Both the position numbers and the translations under genes were made by a program. A stretch of 64,000 bases of DNA from Methyloceanibacter sp. (GTDB lineage Bacteria; Pseudomonadota; Alphaproteobacteria; Rhizobiales; Methyloligellaceae), in NCBI RefSeq assembly GCF_035650995.1, contig NZ_DASRGO010000031.1:60134-124133 (forward strand), written 5' to 3'. The notes beneath the pieces were generated by a model. It made no database searches. It saw nothing but the letters and a program-made list of their open reading frames with translations, and was not told the DNA's origin. Shown piece after piece: positions 1 through 9,881 of the stretch (position 1 is its first letter; each line of letters starts with the position of its first letter).

Positions 1-316
1 CACAAACGGGCCATAGGCCCCGAAAGGGGGCCTGAGGCGTCTTGAGATGTCAGGAAAGGGTCGTGCTCTTCACAGGCGCGATAGTCACTTGCCGTCGTCC
101 AAGTCCGCGCCCAAAGCCTTGGGCGCCCGGTCAGGCAAAGATGGGCGAACCGAGGCCTCTTGGCAAGGCCGAAGTGGTCCCCTTTCGATCACAAACGTCA
201 TCCGAATCTAAACGTTAGCTGAACGGGCGCCTCAGGCCGGGTTCAGCCGGAACCCTCTAGAGCTGGCAGCACGGTGGCGCTGGAAGCGCCGAGCTGCCGA
301 GCTTTGGAGGTTCGAG

Positions 317-496
317 ATGTGGAAGATTGTAGCGATCCTGATGCTGACGCTCTCCGTCATGCTTCTCGCCCGCCTCGTCTACAAGGCTCCGACGCTCCAG
401 ATGCGTCTCGGCTTGGGCGAGAACGGGATCGCGCTAATCGGCGATGCGGGGACGGCCCGCGTTCCCCCGCTGATGTATGCCGGGATCAGAGGTTAA
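317..496 (+). CDS. Small (59 aa) membrane-anchored/secreted hypothetical protein, not in the ORF track
   Basis: GGAGG RBS at 306-310, ATG at 317. [25 protein letters not shown]... has a hydrophobic N-terminus. Its TAA overlaps the hemF stop (convergent). Confidence 0.55.
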   Translation: MWKIVAILMLTLSVMLLARLVYKAPTLQMRLGLGENGIALIGDAGTARVPPLMYAGIRG

Positions 497-1413
497 GGCC
501 ACTTGGCCAATGGCGGCATGGAGGAAAGGATCGCCTCGACATTGCCGCCGGTCTTGAGCCCGAAGATGGTGCCGCGGTCGTAGAGCAGGTTGAACTCGAC
601 ATAGCGCCCGCGGCGAATGAGCTGCTCCTCGCGATCGGCCTCGGTCCATTGCGTTCCCACGTTGCGCCTGACGATCTTTGGATAGATATCGAGGAAGGCG
701 CGGCCGACCTTCTGCGTGAAGGCGAAGTCGGACTCCCAATCGCCTGAGTCGAGATAGTCGTAGAAGATGCCGCCGATGCCGCGCATCTCGCCCCGGTGCG
801 GCAGATAGAAATAGTCGTCGCACCATTGCTTGAAGCGTTGGTAGTCGGCAGAGGGCTCGCCCTCGCAGGCGGCTTTCATCGCCGCGTGGAAGTCGCGCGC
901 ATCGGGATCGTCTTGCGTGCGGCGGCGCATCAGAACCGGCGTGAGGTCGCCGCCGCCGCCGAACCAGCCTTTCGACGTGACCACCATGCGCGTGTTCATA
1001 TGCGCGGTCGGCGCATTCGGGTTCACCGGGTGGGCGATGAAGGAGATGCCGCTCGCCCAGAAGCGCGGGTCTTGCTCGGCGCCGGGGATCTGCTTGGCGA
1101 ATTCCGGCGCGAAGCTCCCGTAGACGGTCGAGACGTGGCAACCGACTTTCTCGAACACGCGGCCTCCCATGAGCGCCATCACGCCCCCGCCGCCATCGGC
1201 GCCGGCGTGGTCCTGGCGCGTCCAGGGCGTCTTCACGAAGCGGCCGGCCGGCTTGCCGTCGCAGCCGGGAAGCCCTTCGGCCTCGTCCTCGACCGCCTCG
1301 AGGCTGGCGCAGATCAGCCCCTGGAGCTTCTCGAACCAGGCGCGGGCGCGCTCTTTCCGCGCCGCGCTGAAGTCGTGAGCGGCATGAGACACGGAGGAAG
1401 TCTTCTCGTTCAT
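493..1413 (-). CDS. hemF: Oxygen-dependent coproporphyrinogen III oxidase
   Basis: Motifs [58 protein letters not shown]. Confidence 0.97.
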   Translation of the reverse strand: MNEKTSSVSHAAHDFSAARKERARAWFEKLQGLICASLEAVEDEAEGLPGCDGKPAGRFVKTPWTRQDHAGADGGGGVMALMGGRVFEKVGCHVSTVYGSFAPEFAKQIPGAEQDPRFWASGISFIAHPVNPNAPTAHMNTRMVVTSKGWFGGGGDLTPVLMRRRTQDDPDARDFHAAMKAACEGEPSADYQRFKQWCDDYFYLPHRGEMRGIGGIFYDYLDSGDWESDFAFTQKVGRAFLDIYPKIVRRNVGTQWTEADREEQLIRRGRYVEFNLLYDRGTIFGLKTGGNVEAILSSMPPLAKWP

Positions 1414-1490
1414 GATAGCCACAAGTTGAAACCAATCCGGCGCGCAGCCGAACAGCCGATTCTTAAGGACCTGGGCAAGAGCTGGGAACC

Positions 1491-1504
1491 TTGACCCTGA
1501 TCAA
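1491..1504. promoter_or_regulatory. FNR/FixK-type box
   Basis: TTGAC-CCTG-ATCAA matches TTGAY-N4-RTCAA. It lies between divergent hemF and petA. Confidence 0.6.
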
Positions 1505-1783
1505 AGGACTGCCTAGCGCAAAATGCTTCTTGAGGCACAGTCTTTGGATAAGCGCCGTCTGCGCCAATTTTGCCCGGCCGATGTGCTGGACAAGTTCGAG
1601 CCTGAATGCAAGAAACCACAAAAAAATACCTGCTGGCGCACGAGCCGCGACCGGCACTGGGGAGGTAACAGCTCGAAGGCGAGGACGTGAAACACGGCCG
1701 AAGGCGCCGGAGGGAGAGTTCGCCCCTCGTGTGCTCGCGGCTGCGGTGTCGTTTTGGCGAGTTGTGCAAGGAGGCTTGGCAAG

Positions 1784-2386
1784 GTGGCAGCCCAGGAGAC
1801 CTCTCTCAATCCCAGTCACGGACCGGATGACGAGCCATCGCGGCGCGACATAATCATGATCGCCGCGACCGGCTTTGCCGCGATCGGCGCCGCGGCGGCG
1901 CTCTGGCCTCTGCTCGATCAGATGAACCCAGATTCATCGGCGCTGTCGCTCGCCTCGACCGAGGTCGATATCTCTCACGTCGATACCGGGCAGGCGATCA
2001 CGGTGATGTGGCGCGGCAAGCCGATCTTCATCCGCCACCGCACCGACGAAGAGATCGCCAAGGCCAAGGACGTGAATGTCGACGATCTCCGCGATCCGCT
2101 CGCGCGGAACGCCAATTTGCCCGACAACGCGCCGGCGACCGACGACAACCGTGCCGCCAAGGACCGCGAGCCCTGGCTCGTGATGATCGGCATCTGCACC
2201 CATCTCGGCTGCATCCCCAAGGGCCAGGCGGTGGGCGACTACAAAGGCGAGTTCGGCGGCTGGTTCTGTCCGTGCCACGGCTCGCAATACGACACGGCGG
2301 GCCGCATCCGCCTCGGGCCGGCACCACAGAACATGGCGATCCCGCCTTACACCTTCACCTCCGACACCAAGATCAAGATCGGGTAG
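1784..2386 (+). CDS. petA: Ubiquinol-cytochrome c reductase Rieske iron-sulfur subunit
   Basis: Tat-like SRRDII, CTHLGC and CPCHGS boxes. GTG start after AGGAGG. Confidence 0.97.
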   Translation: MAAQETSLNPSHGPDDEPSRRDIIMIAATGFAAIGAAAALWPLLDQMNPDSSALSLASTEVDISHVDTGQAITVMWRGKPIFIRHRTDEEIAKAKDVNVDDLRDPLARNANLPDNAPATDDNRAAKDREPWLVMIGICTHLGCIPKGQAVGDYKGEFGGWFCPCHGSQYDTAGRIRLGPAPQNMAIPPYTFTSDTKIKIG

Positions 2387-2392
2387 AGCGCC

Positions 2393-3694
2393 ATGGCGCA
2401 TGAATCGACCTATCAGCCGGCAACCGGCTTCGAACGCTGGCTCGACGCGCGGCTCCCGATCGTGCGGGTGATGCACGATCAGTTCGGCGTGTTCCCGACC
2501 CCGCGCAATCTGAATTATTGGTGGACCTTCGGCGGCATCCTCACCTTCATGCTGGTCGCGCAGATCGCGACCGGCATCGTGCTCGCCATGCACTACGTGC
2601 CGACGCCCGAGAACGCCTTTGACTCGGTCGAAAAGATCATGCGCGACGTGAACTTCGGATGGTTCCTGCGCTATTCGCATGCCGTCGGCGCCTCGATGTT
2701 TTTCCTGGCGGTCTACATCCATCTGCTACGCGGCATGTATTACGGCTCGTACAAGGCGCCGCGCGAGGTCCTGTGGATCATCGGCGTGCTCATCCTGTTC
2801 GTGATGATCGCGACTGCCTTCATGGGCTACTCGCTGCCTTGGGGGCAGATGAGCTTCTGGGCGGTGACAGTGATCACCAATCTCGTGTCCTCGCTCGATA
2901 TGGTGATCAAGGGCCTCGGCACGACGCTCGTGCAATGGGTCTGGGGCGGATTCTCGGTCGGCGCGCCGACGCTCAACCGGCTCTATGCGCTCCACTACCT
3001 TCTGCCGTTCGTCCTCACCGGCCTCGTGATCCTGCATATCTGGGCGCTGCATATGCCGGGCAACAACAACCCGACCGGCATCGACGTCAAATCGCCGAGT
3101 GAGACGGTGCCGTTCCATCCCTACTACACGATGAAGGACGGCTTCGCGCTCGTCATGTTCGTCATCCTGTTCGCCGCCCTCGTGTTCTATGCGCCGAACT
3201 GGCTCGGCCATCCCGACAACTACATTCCGGCCAATCCGCTGCAGACGCCGCCGCACATCGTGCCCGAGTGGTACTTCCTGCCGTTCTACGCCATCCTGCG
3301 CGCCATCCCGAACAAGCTCTTCGGCGTGATCGCGCTGTTCTCCTCGATCGCCATCCTGTTCTTCATTCCCTGGCTCGATACTTCCAAGGTCCGCTCGACG
3401 AGCTACCGGCCGATCTACAAATGGTTCTTCTGGGCCTTCGTGGTGACCGCGGTCGCGCTCGGCTATCTCGGCTCGCAGCCGCCCGAGGGCTGGTATCTCG
3501 TCTTCGGGCGCATCTTCACCGCCTATTACTTCGCCTTCTTCCTGGTGATCATGCCCGTGGTTGGCCTGATCGAGACGCCGAGGCGTCTGCCCGGCAGCAT
3601 CACCGAGGCGGTGCTCGGCCACGAGGAGAAGCCGCGTCCCGCACCGCCCCCGCCTTCTCAAAGCGCCAAGCACAAGGCCAAGGAGGCGGTGTGA
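2393..3694 (+). CDS. petB: Cytochrome b
   Basis: WGQMSFW and PEWY motifs, heme-ligand His residues, many TM helices. Confidence 0.98.
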   Translation: MAHESTYQPATGFERWLDARLPIVRVMHDQFGVFPTPRNLNYWWTFGGILTFMLVAQIATGIVLAMHYVPTPENAFDSVEKIMRDVNFGWFLRYSHAVGASMFFLAVYIHLLRGMYYGSYKAPREVLWIIGVLILFVMIATAFMGYSLPWGQMSFWAVTVITNLVSSLDMVIKGLGTTLVQWVWGGFSVGAPTLNRLYALHYLLPFVLTGLVILHIWALHMPGNNNPTGIDVKSPSETVPFHPYYTMKDGFALVMFVILFAALVFYAPNWLGHPDNYIPANPLQTPPHIVPEWYFLPFYAILRAIPNKLFGVIALFSSIAILFFIPWLDTSKVRSTSYRPIYKWFFWAFVVTAVALGYLGSQPPEGWYLVFGRIFTAYYFAFFLVIMPVVGLIETPRRLPGSITEAVLGHEEKPRPAPPPPSQSAKHKAKEAV

Positions 3695-4515
3695 TGAATC
3701 TCACTACGAAGACTCTCGCCGCATTCCTTCTCGCGCTGGCAATTCCGGGAACGTCGTTCGCCAAGGACCAAGCCCCGGCCGAGGCCGCCAATCAGCCTCC
3801 CGAGATCGCAGCTCAGAGCTGGAGCTTCTCGGGGCCGTTCGGCACTTTCGACAACGCCCAGCTCCAGCGCGGCTTCCAGATCTACAAGGAGGTCTGCTCG
3901 AACTGCCATTCGATGCGGCTTCTGTCCTACCGCAATCTCGGCGAGCCCGGGGGGCCGGGATTTCCGCCCAAGGCGGTCGAGACGATCGCGAGCCAGGTCC
4001 AGATCACCGACGGCCCGAACGGGAAGGGCGAGATGTTCCAGCGCCCCGGGCGTCCATCGGACCATTTCCGCTCGCCCTTCGCCAACGAGCAGCAGGCGCG
4101 CAACGCCAATAACGGGGCGCTGCCGCCCGATCTCTCGGTGATCGCCAAGGCGCGGGAAGGGGGCCCCGACTATATCTATGCGCTCCTCACCGGTTACGCC
4201 GATCCGCCGGCCGGGTTCACGGTCGCGCAAGGCATGCACTACAACAAGGCCTTCCCCGGGCATCAGGTTGCCATGCCGCCGCCCTTGAGCGACGGGGCGG
4301 TCAAATACACCGACGGCACCAAGGGCACGCTCGACAACTATGCGCGCGACGTCTCGGCGTTTCTCATGTGGGCCGCCGAGCCGAAGCTCGAGGAGCGGCA
4401 TAAGGTCGGCGCGCGGGTGCTGATCTTCCTCGTCGTGTTCGCCGGGATCATGTATCTCGCCAAGCGCACGGTGTGGGCCAAGCTGCATCGCCACGAGGCG
4501 CCACATACGGCGTGA
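3694..4515 (+). CDS. petC: Cytochrome c1
   Basis: Signal peptide, CSNCH heme motif, PPDLS, C-terminal TM anchor. ATG overlaps the petB stop. Confidence 0.97.
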   Translation: MNLTTKTLAAFLLALAIPGTSFAKDQAPAEAANQPPEIAAQSWSFSGPFGTFDNAQLQRGFQIYKEVCSNCHSMRLLSYRNLGEPGGPGFPPKAVETIASQVQITDGPNGKGEMFQRPGRPSDHFRSPFANEQQARNANNGALPPDLSVIAKAREGGPDYIYALLTGYADPPAGFTVAQGMHYNKAFPGHQVAMPPPLSDGAVKYTDGTKGTLDNYARDVSAFLMWAAEPKLEERHKVGARVLIFLVVFAGIMYLAKRTVWAKLHRHEAPHTA

Positions 4516-4526
4516 GGGCAGCGCCA

Positions 4527-4549
4527 GATTCCGGCTTTCGCCGGAATGA
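4527..4549. repeat. REP-like palindrome (GATTCCGGCTTTCGCCGGAATGA)
   Basis: Stem ATTCCGGC/GCCGGAAT with a TTTC loop, just after the petC stop. It resembles one arm of a common alphaproteobacterial intergenic repeat. Confidence 0.55.
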
Positions 4550-4590
4550 GGGCCTGTGGCAAGGTGCGCGACCAAACCGACGGATGGTCA

Positions 4591-5157
4591 ATGGCGCGTA
4601 TCCTGCTCGCTCTCCTCATCGCAGGCGTTGTTCTGCCGGCGCTCGCCGCCGACGAGTCCGAAGGCTATCCGCCGCCCAAGGAGATGGTGCTCCTCACCGT
4701 CGGCGGATTGATCGGCAACACCAATCGAGGGGCCCTCGATCCGAAAAAGGACAGCCTGCTTGCCACGCAGAAGGCCTCGTTCAAGAACGGATTTGCCTTC
4801 GACCGTCCGGCGCTGCTTGCGCTCGAGCAAGGGGAGGTGACGGCGCAGCCGCCCGAGTTCGATAAGCCTGCGACCTTCAAAGGGCCGTTGCTGCGCGAGA
4901 TCCTCGGCCATGTCGAGGCGGCCAAGGTCAAGATCAGTTTCACGGCGGTCGACGGCTATACCGGGTGGCTGTCGCCGGAGGACATCGATGCGTCGGACTG
5001 GATCATCGCGCTCGAGGCCAACGGCCAGCCGCTCGGCATCGGGCAGCAGGGGCCGCTCTTTCTCATCAACACGCGCGCGCCCGACTTCAAGGCCGACGAC
5101 GACCACCACGCGCACTGGATCTGGGGGCTGTTCTATATCCACGTCGGCGACGAGTAA
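4591..5157 (+). CDS. Periplasmic molybdopterin-oxidoreductase-fold (SUOX-like, PruR/COG3915-type) protein
   Basis: Signal peptide. Motifs LLTVGG, F-x-G-PLLREIL, DGY, IIALEANGQPL, GPLFLI, W-x-W-x-L. Contains no Cys. Confidence 0.6.
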   Translation: MARILLALLIAGVVLPALAADESEGYPPPKEMVLLTVGGLIGNTNRGALDPKKDSLLATQKASFKNGFAFDRPALLALEQGEVTAQPPEFDKPATFKGPLLREILGHVEAAKVKISFTAVDGYTGWLSPEDIDASDWIIALEANGQPLGIGQQGPLFLINTRAPDFKADDDHHAHWIWGLFYIHVGDE

Positions 5158-5172
5158 GTCTTGGGGGGCAGA

Positions 5173-6051
5173 ATGACCAAAGCAGTGCTCGGAATCATCG
5201 GCGGCTCGGGGCTTTACGAGTTGCCGGGGCTTGAGAAGGTGCGCGAGGAGCGCATCAAGAGCCCATGGGGCGAGCCATCGGCGCCGCTCAGGATTGGCGA
5301 GATCGCGGGCCTCCCCATCGTCTTCATGTCGCGCCACGACAAGGGCCATAGGCTCTCGCCGACCGATATCAACTATCGCGCCAATATCGACGTGATGAAG
5401 CGGGCAGGCGTCACCGACCTCGTCTCGCTCTCGGCCTGCGGCTCGTTCAAGGAGGAGCTGCCGCCGGGCACCTTCGTGCTCGTCGATCAGTTCGTCGACC
5501 GCACCTACCACCGCCCGAATTCATTCTTCGGCACAGGCTGCGTGGCGCACGTGTCGATGGCCCATCCCGTCTCGCCGCGGCTCCGCATCCATCTCGCCGA
5601 AGCCGCGCTGGCCGAGGGCATCGCGGTCGTGCGCGACGGCACCTATGTGTGCATCGAGGGGCCGCAATTCTCGACCCTCGCCGAAAGCCTGACCTACAAG
5701 GCACTCGGCTATTCGGTCATCGGCATGACCAATCTGCCCGAGGCCAAGCTCGCGCGCGAGGCCGAGATCTGCTACGCGACCGTCGCCATGGTCACCGATT
5801 TCGACTGCTGGCACCCCGACCACGATGCGGTTACGGTCAACGACATTATCAAAGTGCTGATGGCGAACGCGGAGAAGGCACAGCGGCTGGTGGCGCGGCT
5901 CGCCCGCGACTTCCCGCGCGAGCATGAGCCGTGCCCGATCGGCTCCGACCGCGCGCTCGACACGGCGATCATCACCGCACCCGAGGCGCGCGACCCCGAG
6001 CTAATCAAAAAGCTCGACGCGGTCGCAGGCCGGGTCCTGAAACTCGGTTAG
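5173..6051 (+). CDS. mtnP: S-methyl-5'-thioadenosine phosphorylase
   Basis: GIIGGSGLY, INYRANI, EGPQFSTLAES, IGMTNLPEAKLAREAEICY, VTDFDCW. Confidence 0.95.
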   Translation: MTKAVLGIIGGSGLYELPGLEKVREERIKSPWGEPSAPLRIGEIAGLPIVFMSRHDKGHRLSPTDINYRANIDVMKRAGVTDLVSLSACGSFKEELPPGTFVLVDQFVDRTYHRPNSFFGTGCVAHVSMAHPVSPRLRIHLAEAALAEGIAVVRDGTYVCIEGPQFSTLAESLTYKALGYSVIGMTNLPEAKLAREAEICYATVAMVTDFDCWHPDHDAVTVNDIIKVLMANAEKAQRLVARLARDFPREHEPCPIGSDRALDTAIITAPEARDPELIKKLDAVAGRVLKLG

Positions 6052-6057
6052 TGTGCC

Positions 6058-6252
6058 TCAGGCAGGGGGCAGCGGCAGCGGGTCGCCGCAAGTGCCGCAT
6101 AGCGTCGTCGCCCAGATATAATAAGCGATGAGCGCAATGCCGAGGGCGAGGGCGGCCGCCACGGTCAGCCTTAGGCGGCGCTTCCGCCGCGCCGCTTCCG
6201 CCTTGGCGATGCGGTCGGCTTCCGCCGCGAAGCTCCGATCGATGACATTCAT
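6058..6252 (-). CDS. Small single-pass membrane protein with C-terminal CxxC
   Basis: 64 aa: basic stretch (RRKRR), then a TM helix, then CGTC. ATG at 6252. Confidence 0.55.
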   Translation of the reverse strand: MNVIDRSFAAEADRIAKAEAARRKRRLRLTVAAALALGIALIAYYIWATTLCGTCGDPLPLPPA

Positions 6253-6321
6253 GAGACCCCTCCAAGCAAGGCTCAAGACTACGGGGCGAAGGCGTCCAAA
6301 TGAGGGCCGCTGCTGGTCGCG

Positions 6322-6558
6322 TCAAGCGGGAGGGATCGGCACGCCGAGCGCCTGGAGCAGGGCGTTGATGACCGAGATCACGTTCCCCACGAGCCCGGCG
6401 ATCAGCGCGAACAGGAGACCGTAGAGGATGGCGGCGATGATGATGGCGGGGATCGCCGCGAGCGACCATTTGACGAGAATAGTCACGATCCTGAGGAACG
6501 GGACGTCGATGTCGCGGATGACCACGCGGGTCGCCGCCGGATCAGAGCTGTCTGCCAT
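6322..6558 (-). CDS. Small hydrophobic membrane protein (hypothetical)
   Basis: 78 aa, VVIRDIDVPF...VKWSLAAIPA followed by a long hydrophobic segment. GGAGGGG RBS. Confidence 0.7.
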   Translation of the reverse strand: MADSSDPAATRVVIRDIDVPFLRIVTILVKWSLAAIPAIIIAAILYGLLFALIAGLVGNVISVINALLQALGVPIPPA

Positions 6559-6686
6559 TGCCTTGCCCCCTCCATTTCGCCGCGGCTTCGACTAGCCAGC
6601 GGCGCCCGGTTCGACTATAGGCTCAAAGGGCCGATGGGCCGGCGCGCCCGCCGCCCGAGAGCCGGACGATTTCGCGGAGATCCTGC

Positions 6687-7232
6687 ATGAATCTGACTGC
6701 CGATATCGATCTCAAGGACCTCGTGCGCACCATACCCGACTACCCGAAGCCGGGCATCATGTTCCGCGATATCACGACGCTGCTCGGTCATGCCAACGGC
6801 TTCCGCGCCTGTGTCGAGCAGCTCGTCCAGCCCTTCGTCAATCGCCGGGTGCAGGCGGTCGCGGGCATCGAGGCGCGCGGCTTCATCCTGGGCGGGGCGG
6901 TCGCCGACCGCCTGCGCTGCGGCTTCGTGCCGATCCGCAAGAAGGGCAAGCTGCCGGGCAAGGCGATCGGCCAGGACTACGAGCTCGAATACGGGATCGA
7001 CGTGATCGAGATCCACGAGGATGCGATCGGCGCCAACGACCCAGTGCTTCTGGTCGACGATCTGATCGCGACCGGCGGCACCGCCGAGGCCGCGGTGAAG
7101 CTCTTGCGCAAGCTGAAGGCCGACGTGATCGGCGCCGCCTTCGTCATCGATCTGCCCGATCTCGGCGGAGCGGCGCGGCTCGCCAAGCTCGGCGTCGCCT
7201 GTCATTCGTTGATCGCCTTCGAAGGCGACTAG
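6687..7232 (+). CDS. apt: Adenine phosphoribosyltransferase
   Basis: IPDYPKPGIMFRDIT, EARGF, YELEYG, VLLVDDLIATGGT. Confidence 0.97.
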   Translation: MNLTADIDLKDLVRTIPDYPKPGIMFRDITTLLGHANGFRACVEQLVQPFVNRRVQAVAGIEARGFILGGAVADRLRCGFVPIRKKGKLPGKAIGQDYELEYGIDVIEIHEDAIGANDPVLLVDDLIATGGTAEAAVKLLRKLKADVIGAAFVIDLPDLGGAARLAKLGVACHSLIAFEGD

Positions 7233-7241
7233 AGTCCCTTA

Positions 7242-8345
7242 ATGAATATCGACGGCAAGCACTACCGCACCATCTGGCTCGAAGAGGACGGCGAGACGGT
7301 CGGGATCATCGACCAGACCAAGCTGCCGCACCGCTTCGAGACGGTTCAGCTCCGTACCCTCGACGATGCCGCACACGCGATCAAATCGATGCAGGTCCGT
7401 GGCGCCCCGCTGATCGGGGCGACCGCCGCCTACGGGGTCGCCCTCGCGCTCCGCGCCAACCCGTCCGACGAGGGGCTCGACCACGCTTGCGAGAGGCTTG
7501 CCGCCACGCGGCCGACCGCCATCAATCTCCGCTGGGCGCTCGACGAGATGCAAAAGGCCGTGCGCAACCAGCCGCGCGAGGCGCGCGTCGCCGCGGCCTA
7601 TGCGCGGGCGGCGCAGATCTGCGACGAGGACGTCGAGACCAACCGCAAGATCGGCGAGCATGGGCTCGGGATCATTCGCGCGCACGCCGAGAAGAAGGGC
7701 GGCAAACGCGTCAACATCCTGACCCACTGCAATGCCGGATGGCTTGCCTGCGTCGATTGGGGCACGGCGCTCGCGCCCATTTACCGCGCTTACGATGAGG
7801 GCATCGATGTCCATGTGTGGGTGGACGAGACGCGCCCGCGCAACCAAGGCGCCTCGCTCACCGCCTTCGAACTCGGCGCGCATGGTGTGCCGCATACGTT
7901 GATCGCCGACAATACCGGCGGCCATCTGATGCAGAAGAAAAAGGTCGATCTCTGCATCGTCGGCACCGACCGCACCACGGCAACCGGCGACGTCGCCAAC
8001 AAGATCGGCACCTATCTCAAGGCGCTCGCCGCGCGCGACAACGACATCCCGTTCTTCGTGGCGCTGCCCTATTCGACGATCGATTGGAGCCTCGATGCCG
8101 GCAGCACCATTCCCATCGAGGAGCGCGATGCGAGCGAGGTCACCCACGTCTCGGGCAGGCTGCCCGACGGGTCGATTGCGAGCGTGCTGATCGCGCCGGA
8201 AGCGAGCCCGGCCGCCAATTTCGGCTTCGACGTGACGCCGGCGCGGCTCGTCACCGGCTTCATCACCGAACGCGGGGTGACGCCTGCGACCCGCGACGGG
8301 CTCATCACCCTCTACCCTGAGCACCGCAAAGGCCAAGCGGCGTAG
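7242..8345 (+). CDS. mtnA: S-methyl-5-thioribose-1-phosphate isomerase
   Basis: [45 protein letters not shown]. Confidence 0.96.
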   Translation: MNIDGKHYRTIWLEEDGETVGIIDQTKLPHRFETVQLRTLDDAAHAIKSMQVRGAPLIGATAAYGVALALRANPSDEGLDHACERLAATRPTAINLRWALDEMQKAVRNQPREARVAAAYARAAQICDEDVETNRKIGEHGLGIIRAHAEKKGGKRVNILTHCNAGWLACVDWGTALAPIYRAYDEGIDVHVWVDETRPRNQGASLTAFELGAHGVPHTLIADNTGGHLMQKKKVDLCIVGTDRTTATGDVANKIGTYLKALAARDNDIPFFVALPYSTIDWSLDAGSTIPIEERDASEVTHVSGRLPDGSIASVLIAPEASPAANFGFDVTPARLVTGFITERGVTPATRDGLITLYPEHRKGQAA

Positions 8346-8375
8346 CCGGGCATCGTGTAGTCGAGCCTGATGACG

Positions 8376-8532
8376 CTTCCCCTTGTAGGAGAGCCGCTAG
8401 CGCGCGGTGAGGGGTAAGCCCCGAAGCGGCGTCAAGATAAAGATTCATCTCTCGCCTTTACCACCATGCGACTTGCGGCAAGCTCGCGCGCAAGATTGCG
8501 GCGGAAAGCCCTCTCCCACGGGGGGAGAGGGG
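8376..8532. repeat. Degenerate CCCTCTCCC...GGGAGAGGG palindromic intergenic element
   Basis: CTTCCCCTTGTAGGAGAG...GCGGTGAGGGG at the 5' end and the CCCTCTCCCACGGGGGAGAGGG hairpin at 8509-8531. Same architecture as 17539-17652. Confidence 0.5.
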
Positions 8533-8568
8533 AATAGGATGCTGGCAGGATTCGGGAAGGAAAGTCGG

Positions 8569-9843
8569 ATGGAGCAGGAAGATCTGATCGCGGTCGCGGG
8601 CGACTTCGCCGTCGCCATCCTGCTTGGCGCACTCGTCGGCATCGAGCGCGAGAAGCGCAAGATGGAGGAGTCGGACACCGAGCACATCGCGGGCCTGCGC
8701 ACCTTCACCCTGCTCGGGCTCGTCGGCGCAGCCTCGGGCTATCTCGCGAAGAACCTCTCCTCTCCGTGGATCCTTGCCGCCGCGCTCGTCGTCGTCGGCG
8801 CCTTTGTCGTTGTCGGCTATCTCTCCACAGCGAGGGTCAGTCAGGACGGCAAGGGGCTGACCACCGAGGTTGCCGCACTGGTCGTCTTCCTGCTCGGGGC
8901 GCTCGTCATGTTCGGCCATCGCGAGCTCGCCATCGGGCTCGGCGTGATCACCGCCGCCGTGCTCGCCTACAAGCAGCCGCTGCACGGTTTCGTGGAGAAG
9001 CTCGGCTGGGACGACGTGTTTGCAGGCTTGCGGCTCCTCATCGCGACCTTCATCGCGCTTCCCCTCCTGCCCGATAAGCCGATCGACCCGTGGGGCGCGC
9101 TCAACCCCTACAAGCTCTGGCTGCTCGTGATCCTGATCTCGAGCCTGTCGCTTGTCGGCTACGTGCTGACGCGGTGGCTCGGACCGGCGCGGGGCACGGC
9201 GCTCACGGGACTTACCGGCGGCCTCGTCTCGTCGACCGCCGTCACGCTGTCATTCGCCAAGGAGGCGCGGGACAAGCCGGAGAACTCGGCGGCGCTCGCT
9301 TGTGGCATTCTGCTTTCCTGGGCCGTCATGTTCCTGCGCGTCATTGTGCTCGTGGCCGTGGTGAACCGCACTCTGCTCGCTCAGGTCCTCGTTCCGTTTG
9401 CGGTCATGGCTGTCGCCGTTGGCGCTTACGCGGCCTTTCTTTATTTTCGTGACGGGAGCGTCGATGGCGAGCGCCTAAAGGGCAAGGTCGAGGTCAAGAA
9501 CCCGTTCAGCCTGGTCGAAGCGGCAAAATTTGGCGCGCTCTTCGCCGTGGTGCTGGTCGCGGTCAAGATCGTGCAGGAGCATTTCCCGCCGAGCGGGCTC
9601 TACGCGGTCGCGGGGCTCGCAGGGCTCACCGACGTCGATGCGATCACGCTGTCGATGTCGGAATTCGCGCAAAGCGGCGAGGCGAGAGTCGCCGTCATCG
9701 CCATCGTCATCGCGTCGCTTTCCAACACAATCGTGAAGTGTGGGATGGCCTTCGTGCTCGGCGGGCAAGAGCTGGGCAAGAAGCTCTTGATCGCGACCGC
9801 GCTTACGCTGGCGGCGGGCCTTGCTGCGGCCCTCCTCGTCTAG
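8569..9843 (+). CDS. MgtC/SapB family membrane protein with DUF4010 domain
   Basis: LGALVGIERE, AGLRTF, TTEVAAL, GGLVSSTAVT, GLTDVDAITLS. Confidence 0.88.
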   Translation: MEQEDLIAVAGDFAVAILLGALVGIEREKRKMEESDTEHIAGLRTFTLLGLVGAASGYLAKNLSSPWILAAALVVVGAFVVVGYLSTARVSQDGKGLTTEVAALVVFLLGALVMFGHRELAIGLGVITAAVLAYKQPLHGFVEKLGWDDVFAGLRLLIATFIALPLLPDKPIDPWGALNPYKLWLLVILISSLSLVGYVLTRWLGPARGTALTGLTGGLVSSTAVTLSFAKEARDKPENSAALACGILLSWAVMFLRVIVLVAVVNRTLLAQVLVPFAVMAVAVGAYAAFLYFRDGSVDGERLKGKVEVKNPFSLVEAAKFGALFAVVLVAVKIVQEHFPPSGLYAVAGLAGLTDVDAITLSMSEFAQSGEARVAVIAIVIASLSNTIVKCGMAFVLGGQELGKKLLIATALTLAAGLAAALLV

Positions 9844-9881
9844 ACCTTCATACCTTGAGGCCGAGACACTAGCTAAGGTTT

